A stretch of DNA of 64,000 nt from a virus. Every line of letters starts with the position of its first letter. The stretch's first letter is position 1. The position numbers and the translations under genes were made by a program. The notes beneath the pieces are model-generated. The model saw only the letters and a list, made by a program, of their open reading frames with translations. It had not been told where the DNA came from and did no database searches. The stretch lies in IMG/VR virus record IMGVR_UViG_3300025849_000022, positions 24,309 through 88,308 of that record. One strand, given 5' to 3'. Shown here in pieces: positions 48,991 through 56,904 of the stretch.

Positions 48991-49713
48991 TTAGGTCAAC
49001 CATCCTGGACCTTGTCCTGGCTGGACTTGTTTTTTTATATGTGGTTCCAATAGACTAACTGCTAGTGCTATTGTGCTGTTTGTTTCGCATAAACGTTTCA
49101 TACATGCTTTCCACAGACCAAAACTTATTTGGTCGTTTTGTATTACTCTGAATGTTCTTGTAATTGCGTTAGTAAATATATCATGTGCAAACAAGTTAGC
49201 AGTAGATACATCTTCATACAGTTGAATATTCTTTGTACCATAATGTTCTGGGTCTTGCATTAACTTTTGTTCTTCTGGTATAAAGTCTATTATGTTGTCT
49301 TGTGTGTGCGTTGCACCTGTAACAATATGATATAGGCTGTCGCTGACCAGTGTGAACTTATGTACATTGCTTATCATTAATAGATTACTTTTTATGTAAC
49401 TGCGGTCTGGGTATACATCTATTAATGTGTCTACAGTACTCAAAAGCCAACGTAGATTCAAATGTTCTAGTAATACGTCTGCATACTCCAAATAGAAACG
49501 TTCAAACTCTTCCATGTAATCTTGTTTATCTGTAACAGGCATGCGTCTAGATGTTACAATCATTTCCATTAATTTTACAACTGCTTTTGGCTTGCCTATG
49601 TTTTTATTCCACAATGGTATAGTAACTTGATATGGTGTACGCTCATGTGGAGGTATGTGTGCTACACTTGACTCGTCTATTGGTTCTGTGATTAGTTCTA
49701 GTAGTTCATCCAT
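48991..49713 (-). CDS. hypothetical protein
   Basis: ORF with LNLRWLLSTVDT motif; start at MDELLEL. Confidence 0.65.
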   Translation of the reverse strand: MDELLELITEPIDESSVAHIPPHERTPYQVTIPLWNKNIGKPKAVVKLMEMIVTSRRMPVTDKQDYMEEFERFYLEYADVLLEHLNLRWLLSTVDTLIDVYPDRSYIKSNLLMISNVHKFTLVSDSLYHIVTGATHTQDNIIDFIPEEQKLMQDPEHYGTKNIQLYEDVSTANLFAHDIFTNAITRTFRVIQNDQISFGLWKACMKRLCETNSTIALAVSLLEPHIKKQVQPGQGPGWLT

Positions 49714-50506
49714 TGTAAAATTTGCTCTTGATATACATATGATGCTCAAAAAAGTCTAATAACTTATATTCATTATATAGAACACCATGCACTAATTCTC
49801 TAATCTTATGTGCGTGATCGTATTTGAACTTTAGTAGATAATATCTTTTTTGTTCACTGTATGGAGATCTTCTATTAACAAAAGTTTTTACAAGGTCTTG
49901 TGTAATATTATCTTGGTGTTGTACTATTGGCCTGTATATACATGGCCAAATATTTGATCTTGTATCTAAGTTTAAACCTACAAGCCTTCTTAAAAGAAAC
50001 GCAGGTCTCTCTAATAATGCATTTTCTAATGTAATAGACAACGGTGTCAAATGCAGGTCGTACATACTAGATTTAACAACATTACCCTCGAGTACTTTGT
50101 CTACAAATTTTATAAGATATGGTTCTAAATCTTTATAAATGTTTGGTTTTTCTGACCCTTTTGCTTTGAATAGATGACTAACTTCTTCAAAATCATTGCT
50201 AGAAAGATAGCCGCCTAGTAATTTATCTACAGGATCTTTATAAGGAATATACCAATTTAAATTGCCCTCTGGTTGAAATGCTCTCGTGCTATGTTCCGAA
50301 TAATACCTATCAAACAACTGACTAAATGCATCATGGTTGCCTTTGCGATAAAGTAACAAACTGCTTGTGGAGTCATTGCCGTCGTTGTTGTTAAAATTTA
50401 TCCAGACATCTCTTTCCTTTAATTTTGTTTTCCATGAATTTTGAATGCTTTTATCAAACTGCAAATAGTCATACAAATCGTGTATACTGTGTCTTAGTTC
50501 TGTCAT
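49706..50506 (-). CDS. divergent sulfotransferase-like protein
   Basis: RKGNHDAF, PYKDPVDKLLGGY, DLHL. Confidence 0.45.
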   Translation of the reverse strand: MTELRHSIHDLYDYLQFDKSIQNSWKTKLKERDVWINFNNNDGNDSTSSLLLYRKGNHDAFSQLFDRYYSEHSTRAFQPEGNLNWYIPYKDPVDKLLGGYLSSNDFEEVSHLFKAKGSEKPNIYKDLEPYLIKFVDKVLEGNVVKSSMYDLHLTPLSITLENALLERPAFLLRRLVGLNLDTRSNIWPCIYRPIVQHQDNITQDLVKTFVNRRSPYSEQKRYYLLKFKYDHAHKIRELVHGVLYNEYKLLDFFEHHMYIKSKFYNG

Positions 50507-50529
50507 TACTATACTTATGCCAAATTATG

Positions 50530-50621
50530 TGGCGGAAAGGGAGGGATTCGAACCCTCGGTACGGTATAAGCCGTACGACAAGTTAGCAACCTGCTCCTTT
50601 AAACCACTCAGGCACCTTTCC
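50530..50621 (-). tRNA. tRNA-Ser(GCU)
   Basis: anticodon GCT, long variable arm, GGTTCGAATCC, G73, CCA. Confidence 0.93.
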
Positions 50622-51366
50622 TATTCTCATGATCTGTTGCTGATTTTAATCTAAAGTAATCATATAATTTGTATTCATTAGCAAAAATATCTATTAATGC
50701 TGGGTGATGATTTTTAAATCTGTTATCACGTTGCCATTTATAAAATGTGTTTGATATAATCATTGAGTAAGGTGAAATGAGTGACCGTGTTAATGCTGAT
50801 TCATATAATCGCAATTTTAGATCATTGTCAAGATGCTCAAAATTATCTCGAATAAAATAAGAAATACCATGTCGTCCAGTATCTAATACCTCTACTTTAT
50901 TAATATCAAACTCATAATCGTTGTAAGCCAATAAAAGCCTATTTGGTAAAGATATCAAATGCGGCTCTAATCTTATGTTACCAAGTATTATTTCACCTGT
51001 AATATCGTCAAACCACTTTAATAATTCATCTTGTGATCGTACGGTATCATCAAAGCCTGTACCTGAAAAGTATCCACCAAAAAATGCATACAACGGCTCA
51101 ACAACAGGAATAACCTGTTTATTGTGATGTGGAACATTGCTTTCGGTGTATTCATATCCAGATACTTTTACTAAATTTCTTAATATACTATGAGCACCTT
51201 TGGGATAAAGAAAACATGATATGTTGTTAAAATTAATCCAAGATTGTGAACTTTCAATTCTTTCTTTGATAAATGATTCGCTTTCATTAGGTTCAGTTAC
51301 ATAGAATACTCGATGTGATTCTTTGTTTAAACCAACGTCGTCATATAAAAAATGTGAAATGTCCAT
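50608..51366 (-). CDS. divergent sulfotransferase-like protein (paralogue of 49706..50506)
   Basis: shared WINFNN, (P/R)KGxH, GGY and EYKL motifs. Confidence 0.45.
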   Translation of the reverse strand: MDISHFLYDDVGLNKESHRVFYVTEPNESESFIKERIESSQSWINFNNISCFLYPKGAHSILRNLVKVSGYEYTESNVPHHNKQVIPVVEPLYAFFGGYFSGTGFDDTVRSQDELLKWFDDITGEIILGNIRLEPHLISLPNRLLLAYNDYEFDINKVEVLDTGRHGISYFIRDNFEHLDNDLKLRLYESALTRSLISPYSMIISNTFYKWQRDNRFKNHHPALIDIFANEYKLYDYFRLKSATDHENRKGA

Positions 51367-51368
51367 GA

Positions 51369-52049
51369 TTAATTAAAACAGTATCTAGCAATAATACTTC
51401 TCCTTACAGTATAAGGCACATCATTATCTAATAAAACCTTGTGTGTTGGTGCAGAATGCCAATTACCGCTTACACCTGGATTATATATTATTGCTGTATT
51501 TTTTCTATACGGTGCATGATCTATTAAGTTAAATTTGCGTGGCGAGTTGGCAACACAATATTCGCCAAATGCAGTACCTAAATCTTCTTCTGGGTTGTCA
51601 CCTACATATTCCCAAAACATTGTGCCAAGCACTTCGTCTTCTGCTTTCTTTGTTTCGCCCATATACACCTGCAGATTAATAACCTTTGTCATATTTTCAA
51701 ATACATCTTTGTGAATGTCGTCGTTTTGTAAGGCACCAGGTGAATCTGGATCCCATATATCCTCTTGTAAATGATACCAAACGTGCTTCAAATCATTAGG
51801 ATTATATCCAGAGAATTCACATATATCTTGTAATCTGCTTTCGAATTCACTGTGAATATATTTCCACATTAAAATATCATTTTCAGTAAAGTCGTCACCT
51901 GTTTCTAAATCTATAGGAAAACTTTTAGGTGCCCAAAGCCAATCAGGTGTAATATTTAAACCTGTTCTGAACTTTTGCACATCAAACATTCTATCTGCTA
52001 TATCTAAATTTTCAAAATAGTATTTTGGTAATATGTGAAAGGTTTTCAT
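51369..52049 (-). CDS. 2OG-Fe(II) oxygenase-like protein (paralogue of 7823..8491)
   Basis: HKD, GTMFWE, WHSAP, R. Confidence 0.65.
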   Translation of the reverse strand: MKTFHILPKYYFENLDIADRMFDVQKFRTGLNITPDWLWAPKSFPIDLETGDDFTENDILMWKYIHSEFESRLQDICEFSGYNPNDLKHVWYHLQEDIWDPDSPGALQNDDIHKDVFENMTKVINLQVYMGETKKAEDEVLGTMFWEYVGDNPEEDLGTAFGEYCVANSPRKFNLIDHAPYRKNTAIIYNPGVSGNWHSAPTHKVLLDNDVPYTVRRSIIARYCFN

Positions 52050-52588
52050 TATATTAATTCCAAAGCCATTTGTTTATAGACTCTATCATGCATACTTATT
52101 TCATCATTTGGCCACAAACAACACATATCTCTTTTAATAAACAATTTTCTTTGAGGAAGAGTCGGTTCTTGATTTTCTTTGTGTATCATAATAGCATCAA
52201 GTAAAATAGTTGCTGTGGTTGTTACACACTTACCGTAATGCAATCCGCAAATAATCAAATCCATAAACGAATTATCTAGTATATAAGAACACAAGGACTC
52301 TTGATTATCAATATGAGTGTATTCTAAAAATCTTGGATCTATTTGCCCTTCTGGACTTTGCATAAAATTAATCACATTCTTGCATTTGATTTCAACAATC
52401 CTGTCATCTTTATAAACATGCGTTTTTGTTAATTCTTCTTTCAAATGCCCTAAAAATACTTTGTTATAAATGTTTAAGTTCATTTCTGCATCGTCATGAT
52501 TAGGTTGTTTTGACCAAGGATCTACTACAATCCATAGTCCATTTTCAACTAAGTCTTCGTAATTTGTTGTTGATAAAGGAATGTGCAT
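52049..52588 (-). CDS. cysteine hydrolase (isochorismatase/nicotinamidase-fold)-like protein
   Basis: IVVDPW and LIICGLHYGKCVTTTA. Confidence 0.45.
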   Translation of the reverse strand: MHIPLSTTNYEDLVENGLWIVVDPWSKQPNHDDAEMNLNIYNKVFLGHLKEELTKTHVYKDDRIVEIKCKNVINFMQSPEGQIDPRFLEYTHIDNQESLCSYILDNSFMDLIICGLHYGKCVTTTATILLDAIMIHKENQEPTLPQRKLFIKRDMCCLWPNDEISMHDRVYKQMALELI

Positions 52589-52605
52589 ACCAATATTTAT
52601 CGATC

Positions 52606-52635
52606 AAAAAAAAGCCCCGTATGTAAACGAGGCTT
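52606..52635 (-). terminator. intrinsic terminator after the porin gene
   Basis: AAGCCTCG...CGGGGC followed by a U-tract. Confidence 0.75.
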
Positions 52636-52652
52636 AATTTTAGTGTGTTTGT

Positions 52653-53255
52653 TTAGAATTGTTTGCTTACGCCAAAAACAATACTGTCTTCGTCTTCTAA
52701 TAAAGAACCATCGTCAGCAATAAAACTGTGATATCCCAGTGAGCCTTTTAATCCTAATGGTAAGTCAAAGCCTTTTGACACTGACCAGTTATCACCTACT
52801 TCGTCCCACATACCATAAGAAACATCAACACCCATAAATGAGTATCCTAATTCCAAGTAGTCTGTGTAGTTATCTTGACCTAAGTAGTAGTCTACAGATA
52901 CGCCCATGATTTCTTTACTGATAAAGAACTCACTGCCGTCTAAGTCTGCGTCGCCATTATAACTGTAATCGATATAGCCGACCATCCAGTCACCGTTAGT
53001 CCAAGCGGCATACAAATCAGTTTCTAAATCTGATCCATCTGCATAGTCAACTTGACCAAGCCATGCACCGGCCATAAAACCACTGTCGCCAAACTGGTGT
53101 TGGTACTCTGCCCAAGCAGATACACCGCCATCTGTTTGTGATACGCCTCTAAAAATGTAGTCGCTGTCTGCCCCTACCTTTGCACCTGCGTATGCAGTTG
53201 TTGTTAATGTTGACAGTAAAAGTACTGCAAACACATTTTTAAATGTATTAATCAT
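52653..53255 (-). CDS. outer-membrane porin-like protein (Gcw_chp/TorF family)
   Basis: signal peptide, SDYIFRGVSQTD, ETDLY, C-terminal Phe (GVSKQF). Confidence 0.8.
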   Translation of the reverse strand: MINTFKNVFAVLLLSTLTTTAYAGAKVGADSDYIFRGVSQTDGGVSAWAEYQHQFGDSGFMAGAWLGQVDYADGSDLETDLYAAWTNGDWMVGYIDYSYNGDADLDGSEFFISKEIMGVSVDYYLGQDNYTDYLELGYSFMGVDVSYGMWDEVGDNWSVSKGFDLPLGLKGSLGYHSFIADDGSLLEDEDSIVFGVSKQF

Positions 53256-53317
53256 TTAATATTCTCCTTGTTGTTATAATTATATGGGGCGGTTAAGGCC
53301 ACCCCAACCTTGTATCG

Positions 53318-53545
53318 TTACTTCTTATCTCCCAATAAATGAATGATAACAATGGCTACGATTAAGCCGACTAAGCCGCCTTCACCTAAGCCTGATACGA
53401 GTGCTGTGATGTTTCCAACTACGTCACCTACAAAGAATGTGCTACCGAATACTAAACTAGCAACGATACCTAATCCTAAAAGGCTGACGAAAATTGTTGT
53501 TAGGCCAGAGACGAAATCTCCAACCATCTTCATTGCGTTATCCAT
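53318..53545 (-). CDS. small Gly-rich membrane protein
   Basis: AAGGAGG RBS; hydrophobic helices with GEGGLVGLI. Confidence 0.75.
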   Translation of the reverse strand: MDNAMKMVGDFVSGLTTIFVSLLGLGIVASLVFGSTFFVGDVVGNITALVSGLGEGGLVGLIVAIVIIHLLGDKK

Positions 53546-53611
53546 AAATGAATACCTCCTTTCTATATTACTCTTGCCCAAGAGTATGAAGAAATTAATT
53601 TTCCTTCAGTA

Positions 53612-53642
53612 ATATTTACATTTTTGTTACAGATTGTTACAG
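53612..53642 (-). promoter_or_regulatory. direct-repeat (OmpR/PhoB-family-like) box overlapping a TAAATA motif
   Basis: CTGTAACAAT-CTGTAACAAA-AATGTAAATA. Confidence 0.45.
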
Positions 53643-53691
53643 AATTCTGAACACTCTATGGTGTCGTTAGGTAGGTTAAAAGGCGGTGGGT

Positions 53692-53716
53692 AAAAAAAGG
53701 GCCGTAAAGACCCTTT
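53692..53716 (-). terminator. intrinsic terminator
   Basis: GGGTC-TTTAC-GGCCC plus T7. Confidence 0.75.
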
Positions 53717-53739
53717 AAAATTATATAAATTTTGTAAAA

Positions 53740-54246
53740 TTAAGCAATATTTCCTTCTGGAGCAGGTGCTTCGTCAGTCATTGGAGCCGGGTCTATAACT
53801 GGTGCTGTTTCTACTTCATGATGATCGTCATGGTGTACTTCACCTTCTACAAATTCAACATTACTTTCTGGAAATGCATACCAATCATCTGCATAATGGT
53901 TTGACCAGTCTTCGCCTTCTACCCATGTATTGGCTTCCATGTCATATGAGACATCACAGTTTGCATTACAGCAATAGTTGTATTCGTCCCATTCATATGG
54001 TGTTGGTTCCATCCAGCATTGCATACATTCATCCCAATATGCGTCCATGCCAAAGCCTTCTGGCTTCTCATGAGTTGGTGTCATTGGGTGTAAGTAATCG
54101 CCTTCTGCGGGTGCAGTAAATACTGCGTCGTATTCTGCTACTGGTTCTTCATGATGTGGAATATCCCAAAGTTTCATTTCAATTTCCACAAGTTTCTCTC
54201 TCATCTCAAAAACCATGTTTGCTAATTCTATTCGTGGGTCTAACAT
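53740..54246 (-). CDS. very acidic Cys/His/Trp-rich protein
   Basis: AGGAG RBS, own TAAATA motif and terminator. Confidence 0.75.
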   Translation of the reverse strand: MLDPRIELANMVFEMREKLVEIEMKLWDIPHHEEPVAEYDAVFTAPAEGDYLHPMTPTHEKPEGFGMDAYWDECMQCWMEPTPYEWDEYNYCCNANCDVSYDMEANTWVEGEDWSNHYADDWYAFPESNVEFVEGEVHHDDHHEVETAPVIDPAPMTDEAPAPEGNIA

Positions 54247-54335
54247 ATTATTCTCCTACTGTTTGTATTGTTATTCTAGAATAATGTGTGGTGGGTCGAT
54301 CTACTGTATGTAGTCAATTGTATTTATGATATAAG

Positions 54336-54364
54336 AAAAAGCACCCCTGTTACGAGGTGCTTTA
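54336..54364 (-). terminator. intrinsic terminator after the 54-aa ORF
   Basis: GCACCTC-GTAAC-AGGGGTGC plus U-tract. Confidence 0.75.
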
Positions 54365-54370
54365 TCAACC

Positions 54371-54535
54371 TTAAGGATAGAAAGGATTATCTGTTATATA
54401 ATCAGGTAACTCAGATTTTCTCTTAGAGTTAGTGACCATACGAGGAAAGAATTTTTCCTGCAAATCAGATTTTCTTTTTTCTCTTCTTAAGGCTAGTTTG
54501 ACTGCACGTTTAATTTGTGCGTTTTGATTAGTCAT
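54371..54535 (-). CDS. unannotated 54-aa basic protein downstream of tandem glutamine riboswitches
   Basis: AGGAGG RBS; MTNQNAQIKRAVKLALRREKRKSDLQEKFFPRMVTNSKRKSELPDYITDNPFYP. Confidence 0.8.
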   Translation of the reverse strand: MTNQNAQIKRAVKLALRREKRKSDLQEKFFPRMVTNSKRKSELPDYITDNPFYP

Positions 54536-54560
54536 ATCATCCTCCTAATTAAAGTTAGAT

Positions 54561-54622
54561 GCGTTCCTTCAGTTTTCACCTACTTCCGTCGTCGCTCTAC
54601 ATTTAGAGTGGCGATGAACGAG
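54561..54622 (-). ncRNA. glutamine-I (glnA-motif) riboswitch aptamer 2
   Basis: CGUUCA-P2-CGGAAGUA-GGU GAAA ACU-GAAGGAACGC. Confidence 0.85.
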
Positions 54623-54628
54623 TTCAGT

Positions 54629-54687
54629 GCGTTCCTTCGTCTTTTGACTACTTCCGTTCACTGCTACATTTAGAGTGAATGAACGAG
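54629..54687 (-). ncRNA. glutamine-I (glnA-motif) riboswitch aptamer 1
   Basis: CGUUCA-UUCAC..GUGAA-CGGAAGUA-GUC AAAA GAC-GAAGGAACGC. Confidence 0.85.
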
Positions 54688-54707
54688 TGTAACTTGCGTT
54701 ACATTAA

Positions 54708-54715
54708 TATTTATC
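54708..54715 (-). promoter_or_regulatory. T4-like late promoter motif GATAAATA (representative of many copies in the window)
   Basis: abuts the upstream terminator and precedes the riboswitch leader. Confidence 0.7.
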
Positions 54716-54743
54716 AAAAAAAAGCACTCCGAAGAGTGCTTTT
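54716..54743 (-). terminator. intrinsic terminator
   Basis: GCACTC-TTCG-GAGTGC plus T8. Confidence 0.85.
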
Positions 54744-54762
54744 GATTTGTTAACCTTAAAGA

Positions 54763-55029
54763 TTAGACAAGGCCGTTAGCCATTGCTTTATACCCTGCGG
54801 CAATAACTGCTCTAGATGGAGTACCAAGTCTATAAACGTTTCTTGATCTTCCTTTAGTGTCAGTCACTGTGTTAAGGTAAATTGGGAAACCTTTGAATCT
54901 TAGTGATTGAATCACTGCCTGTGGGTTTCCTGTTCCGAAGAATGATTTCATCTGTGCAGATGATAAAGTTCTTCCTTCTTGCAAAGCATTTAATACTTTT
55001 GCTTCTTTAGTTAATGTTGCTGTAGTCAT
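54763..55029 (-). CDS. winged-helix DNA-binding protein-like
   Basis: AGGAGG RBS; KVLNALQEGRTLS...VIQSLRFKGFPIY...YRLGTPSR. Confidence 0.65.
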   Translation of the reverse strand: MTTATLTKEAKVLNALQEGRTLSSAQMKSFFGTGNPQAVIQSLRFKGFPIYLNTVTDTKGRSRNVYRLGTPSRAVIAAGYKAMANGLV

Positions 55030-55118
55030 ATGACCTCCTATTAGCATTATTAAAATTCTGTGCAATTATTTGCACATTATCTACTATTATACACAGATTA
55101 TACACAATGTCAACCTAT

Positions 55119-55466
55119 TTAAGCCGAAAAGTCATAATCCGTGTATTCTAATTTAACCAACGGAAAGCGATCTGCTATGATATTTTGGATTTGTGTTACC
55201 AATTTATCTATATTCCAATCGTCTCCCATCCACTCTGTTTCCCATGTACCCGAATCGGATTCAATAAGAAACAAATTCTCTTTGTCTCGCTTTAACACTT
55301 TCTCTAATGCATTTATCTGTGGAGGTGGACCTGCCCAAACAAATGGCAACACAACTATTCTACCTTGGTGCGATGAATACTGTCTTGCTCTGCTGTCTAC
55401 GTTTGATGTAATACCAAACCCAGGCCTGTTATCAAAGCCAGTTATTGTGTAAAGATACTTAGTCAT
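55119..55466 (-). CDS. GIY-YIG/T5orf172-like protein
   Basis: YLY...GFGIT...R...E...EW pattern. Confidence 0.45.
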   Translation of the reverse strand: MTKYLYTITGFDNRPGFGITSNVDSRARQYSSHQGRIVVLPFVWAGPPPQINALEKVLKRDKENLFLIESDSGTWETEWMGDDWNIDKLVTQIQNIIADRFPLVKLEYTDYDFSA

Positions 55467-56619
55467 TAAACTGCTCTGTGATATAATCAGGTAAGAAGTC
55501 TATAAGCGAACTACCTGCAGTATATTCATTAAACTCGTCTAGCATGTATCCTGGCACGTCTGCTGTACCACCAAACTTTTTATACAGTTGTACTAGACCT
55601 ACAGCGATAGCATCGTCATTCCAATTATATTCTGTGCCATACTTTGTTTTAGTAAACTTTCTCCATGCTGTGTGTATTTCGCTATGATATTCTTCGTAGT
55701 CTGAAAACAAGTTTTGCAACATGCCTGCAAGTTCTTCTAAGAACTCATCTGTTATTTTAAGTTTAGCAGTCTTGAATCCTCTGTGTAAGTCTCCAAACAA
55801 GAACCAAAGAGCACCGTTTACAGGATTATAATGAAAGTAATCGTCATGCCATTTAGTAGCCATTTCAATTACATCTTCATTAAGTGACAAGAACTTAGAT
55901 ATATGTGTAAAGGTTCCTGCTTTTGTTGATAAGTCTGAGTTTTGTTCTACAGCAAAACAATTATTGTTTTGTGCAATAGACACTTTCTTTTCAACTAAAA
56001 CATCTTGCTCGTCGTCTGTGTTACCACAAACTCTAACAACCTGTACAGCATTTTCTAGTTCTTTGTATGCTGATATCTTCTTTTTACCTTTACCATTTAT
56101 AAGTGCAAAGGCCTTTAGTGCAAATGATAAGTCATCTGTTTCAATATAAAGTGTAGGGTGTGTTAGATCTTGCCAGTCACCATCAAAAGCCATTAGGCCG
56201 TCTTTGACTAGTGTAGCAATAACAGTAGCAGTATGCTGACCATCAATTAATTGAAAGCACCCATCACTTTTCTTTACAGCATACAGTGATTGCGATAATG
56301 CCTCATTGTATGTTGCAGGATTAATTATCTTGCCGCAGTGAGCAGTATCTAATTGCCTTTGTACCATTTCAGATATACCAGCACCAGGCTTGTCAAACTC
56401 GCCCAATGCAATCATGTCCGACTGTGGTAATAGTTTAGCATCAAACTGCATGCCTTCATCTTCCATAAGTTTTTTTACTTTCTTATAGTTCCTAGCACCT
56501 TGCAGTTTTTCTATATTAGCAGTTAAAGATCGAATAGTATCTTTCTTCTTGTCTAATGCGTAGAAGTTTTTTAAAGGATTTGGTTTCCTTGTTACTTCAT
56601 TGTATTTAAATATTTCCAT
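55459..56619 (-). CDS. ParB/Srx-fold (DGQH) domain protein
   Basis: VQRQLD...LIDGQHT; TTGACA-17-TATAAT promoter and AGGAG RBS. Confidence 0.6.
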   Translation of the reverse strand: MEIFKYNEVTRKPNPLKNFYALDKKKDTIRSLTANIEKLQGARNYKKVKKLMEDEGMQFDAKLLPQSDMIALGEFDKPGAGISEMVQRQLDTAHCGKIINPATYNEALSQSLYAVKKSDGCFQLIDGQHTATVIATLVKDGLMAFDGDWQDLTHPTLYIETDDLSFALKAFALINGKGKKKISAYKELENAVQVVRVCGNTDDEQDVLVEKKVSIAQNNNCFAVEQNSDLSTKAGTFTHISKFLSLNEDVIEMATKWHDDYFHYNPVNGALWFLFGDLHRGFKTAKLKITDEFLEELAGMLQNLFSDYEEYHSEIHTAWRKFTKTKYGTEYNWNDDAIAVGLVQLYKKFGGTADVPGYMLDEFNEYTAGSSLIDFLPDYITEQFND

Positions 56620-56682
56620 AATAATTAGTTACTCCTATAACTTTAAAATATACACATATTATATAATAAGAGTAACTTTATG

Positions 56683-56904
56683 TCAACCGGGTCCTGGTGG
56701 AAAAGGTACAACGGCGTATGGCCTCTGTATTTTAACAAAGACCACACGGCCGTCCCTTTCCTGTGCTTCGTACACTTCGCCAACCTTAGCATCTATGTTT
56801 GCTAATTGCAGTTCGCTATCAAATGTAATGCTACCATCGTGTCCTAGCACAAACTGATAGTCACAAAACAGCACTTTATGTTTTGTACTGTTGATACTGC
56901 TCAT
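56683..56904 (-). CDS. hypothetical protein
   Basis: 73-aa coupled ORF. Confidence 0.6.
   Translation of the reverse strand: MSSINSTKHKVLFCDYQFVLGHDGSITFDSELQLANIDAKVGEVYEAQERDGRVVFVKIQRPYAVVPFPPGPG

Noticed and set aside
54561-54687. Two-copy repeat as a mini CRISPR array
   Set aside because: Only two ~60-nt units with a 6-nt linker, internal structure-preserving variation, and no spacers or cas genes.
54688-54703. TGTA-N8-TACA palindrome matching the cyanobacterial NtcA box, next to the glutamine riboswitch
   Set aside because: It is equally explained as a UGUAAC-GCAA-GUUACA GNRA hairpin at the transcript 5' end, and nothing in the window points to a cyanobacterial host.
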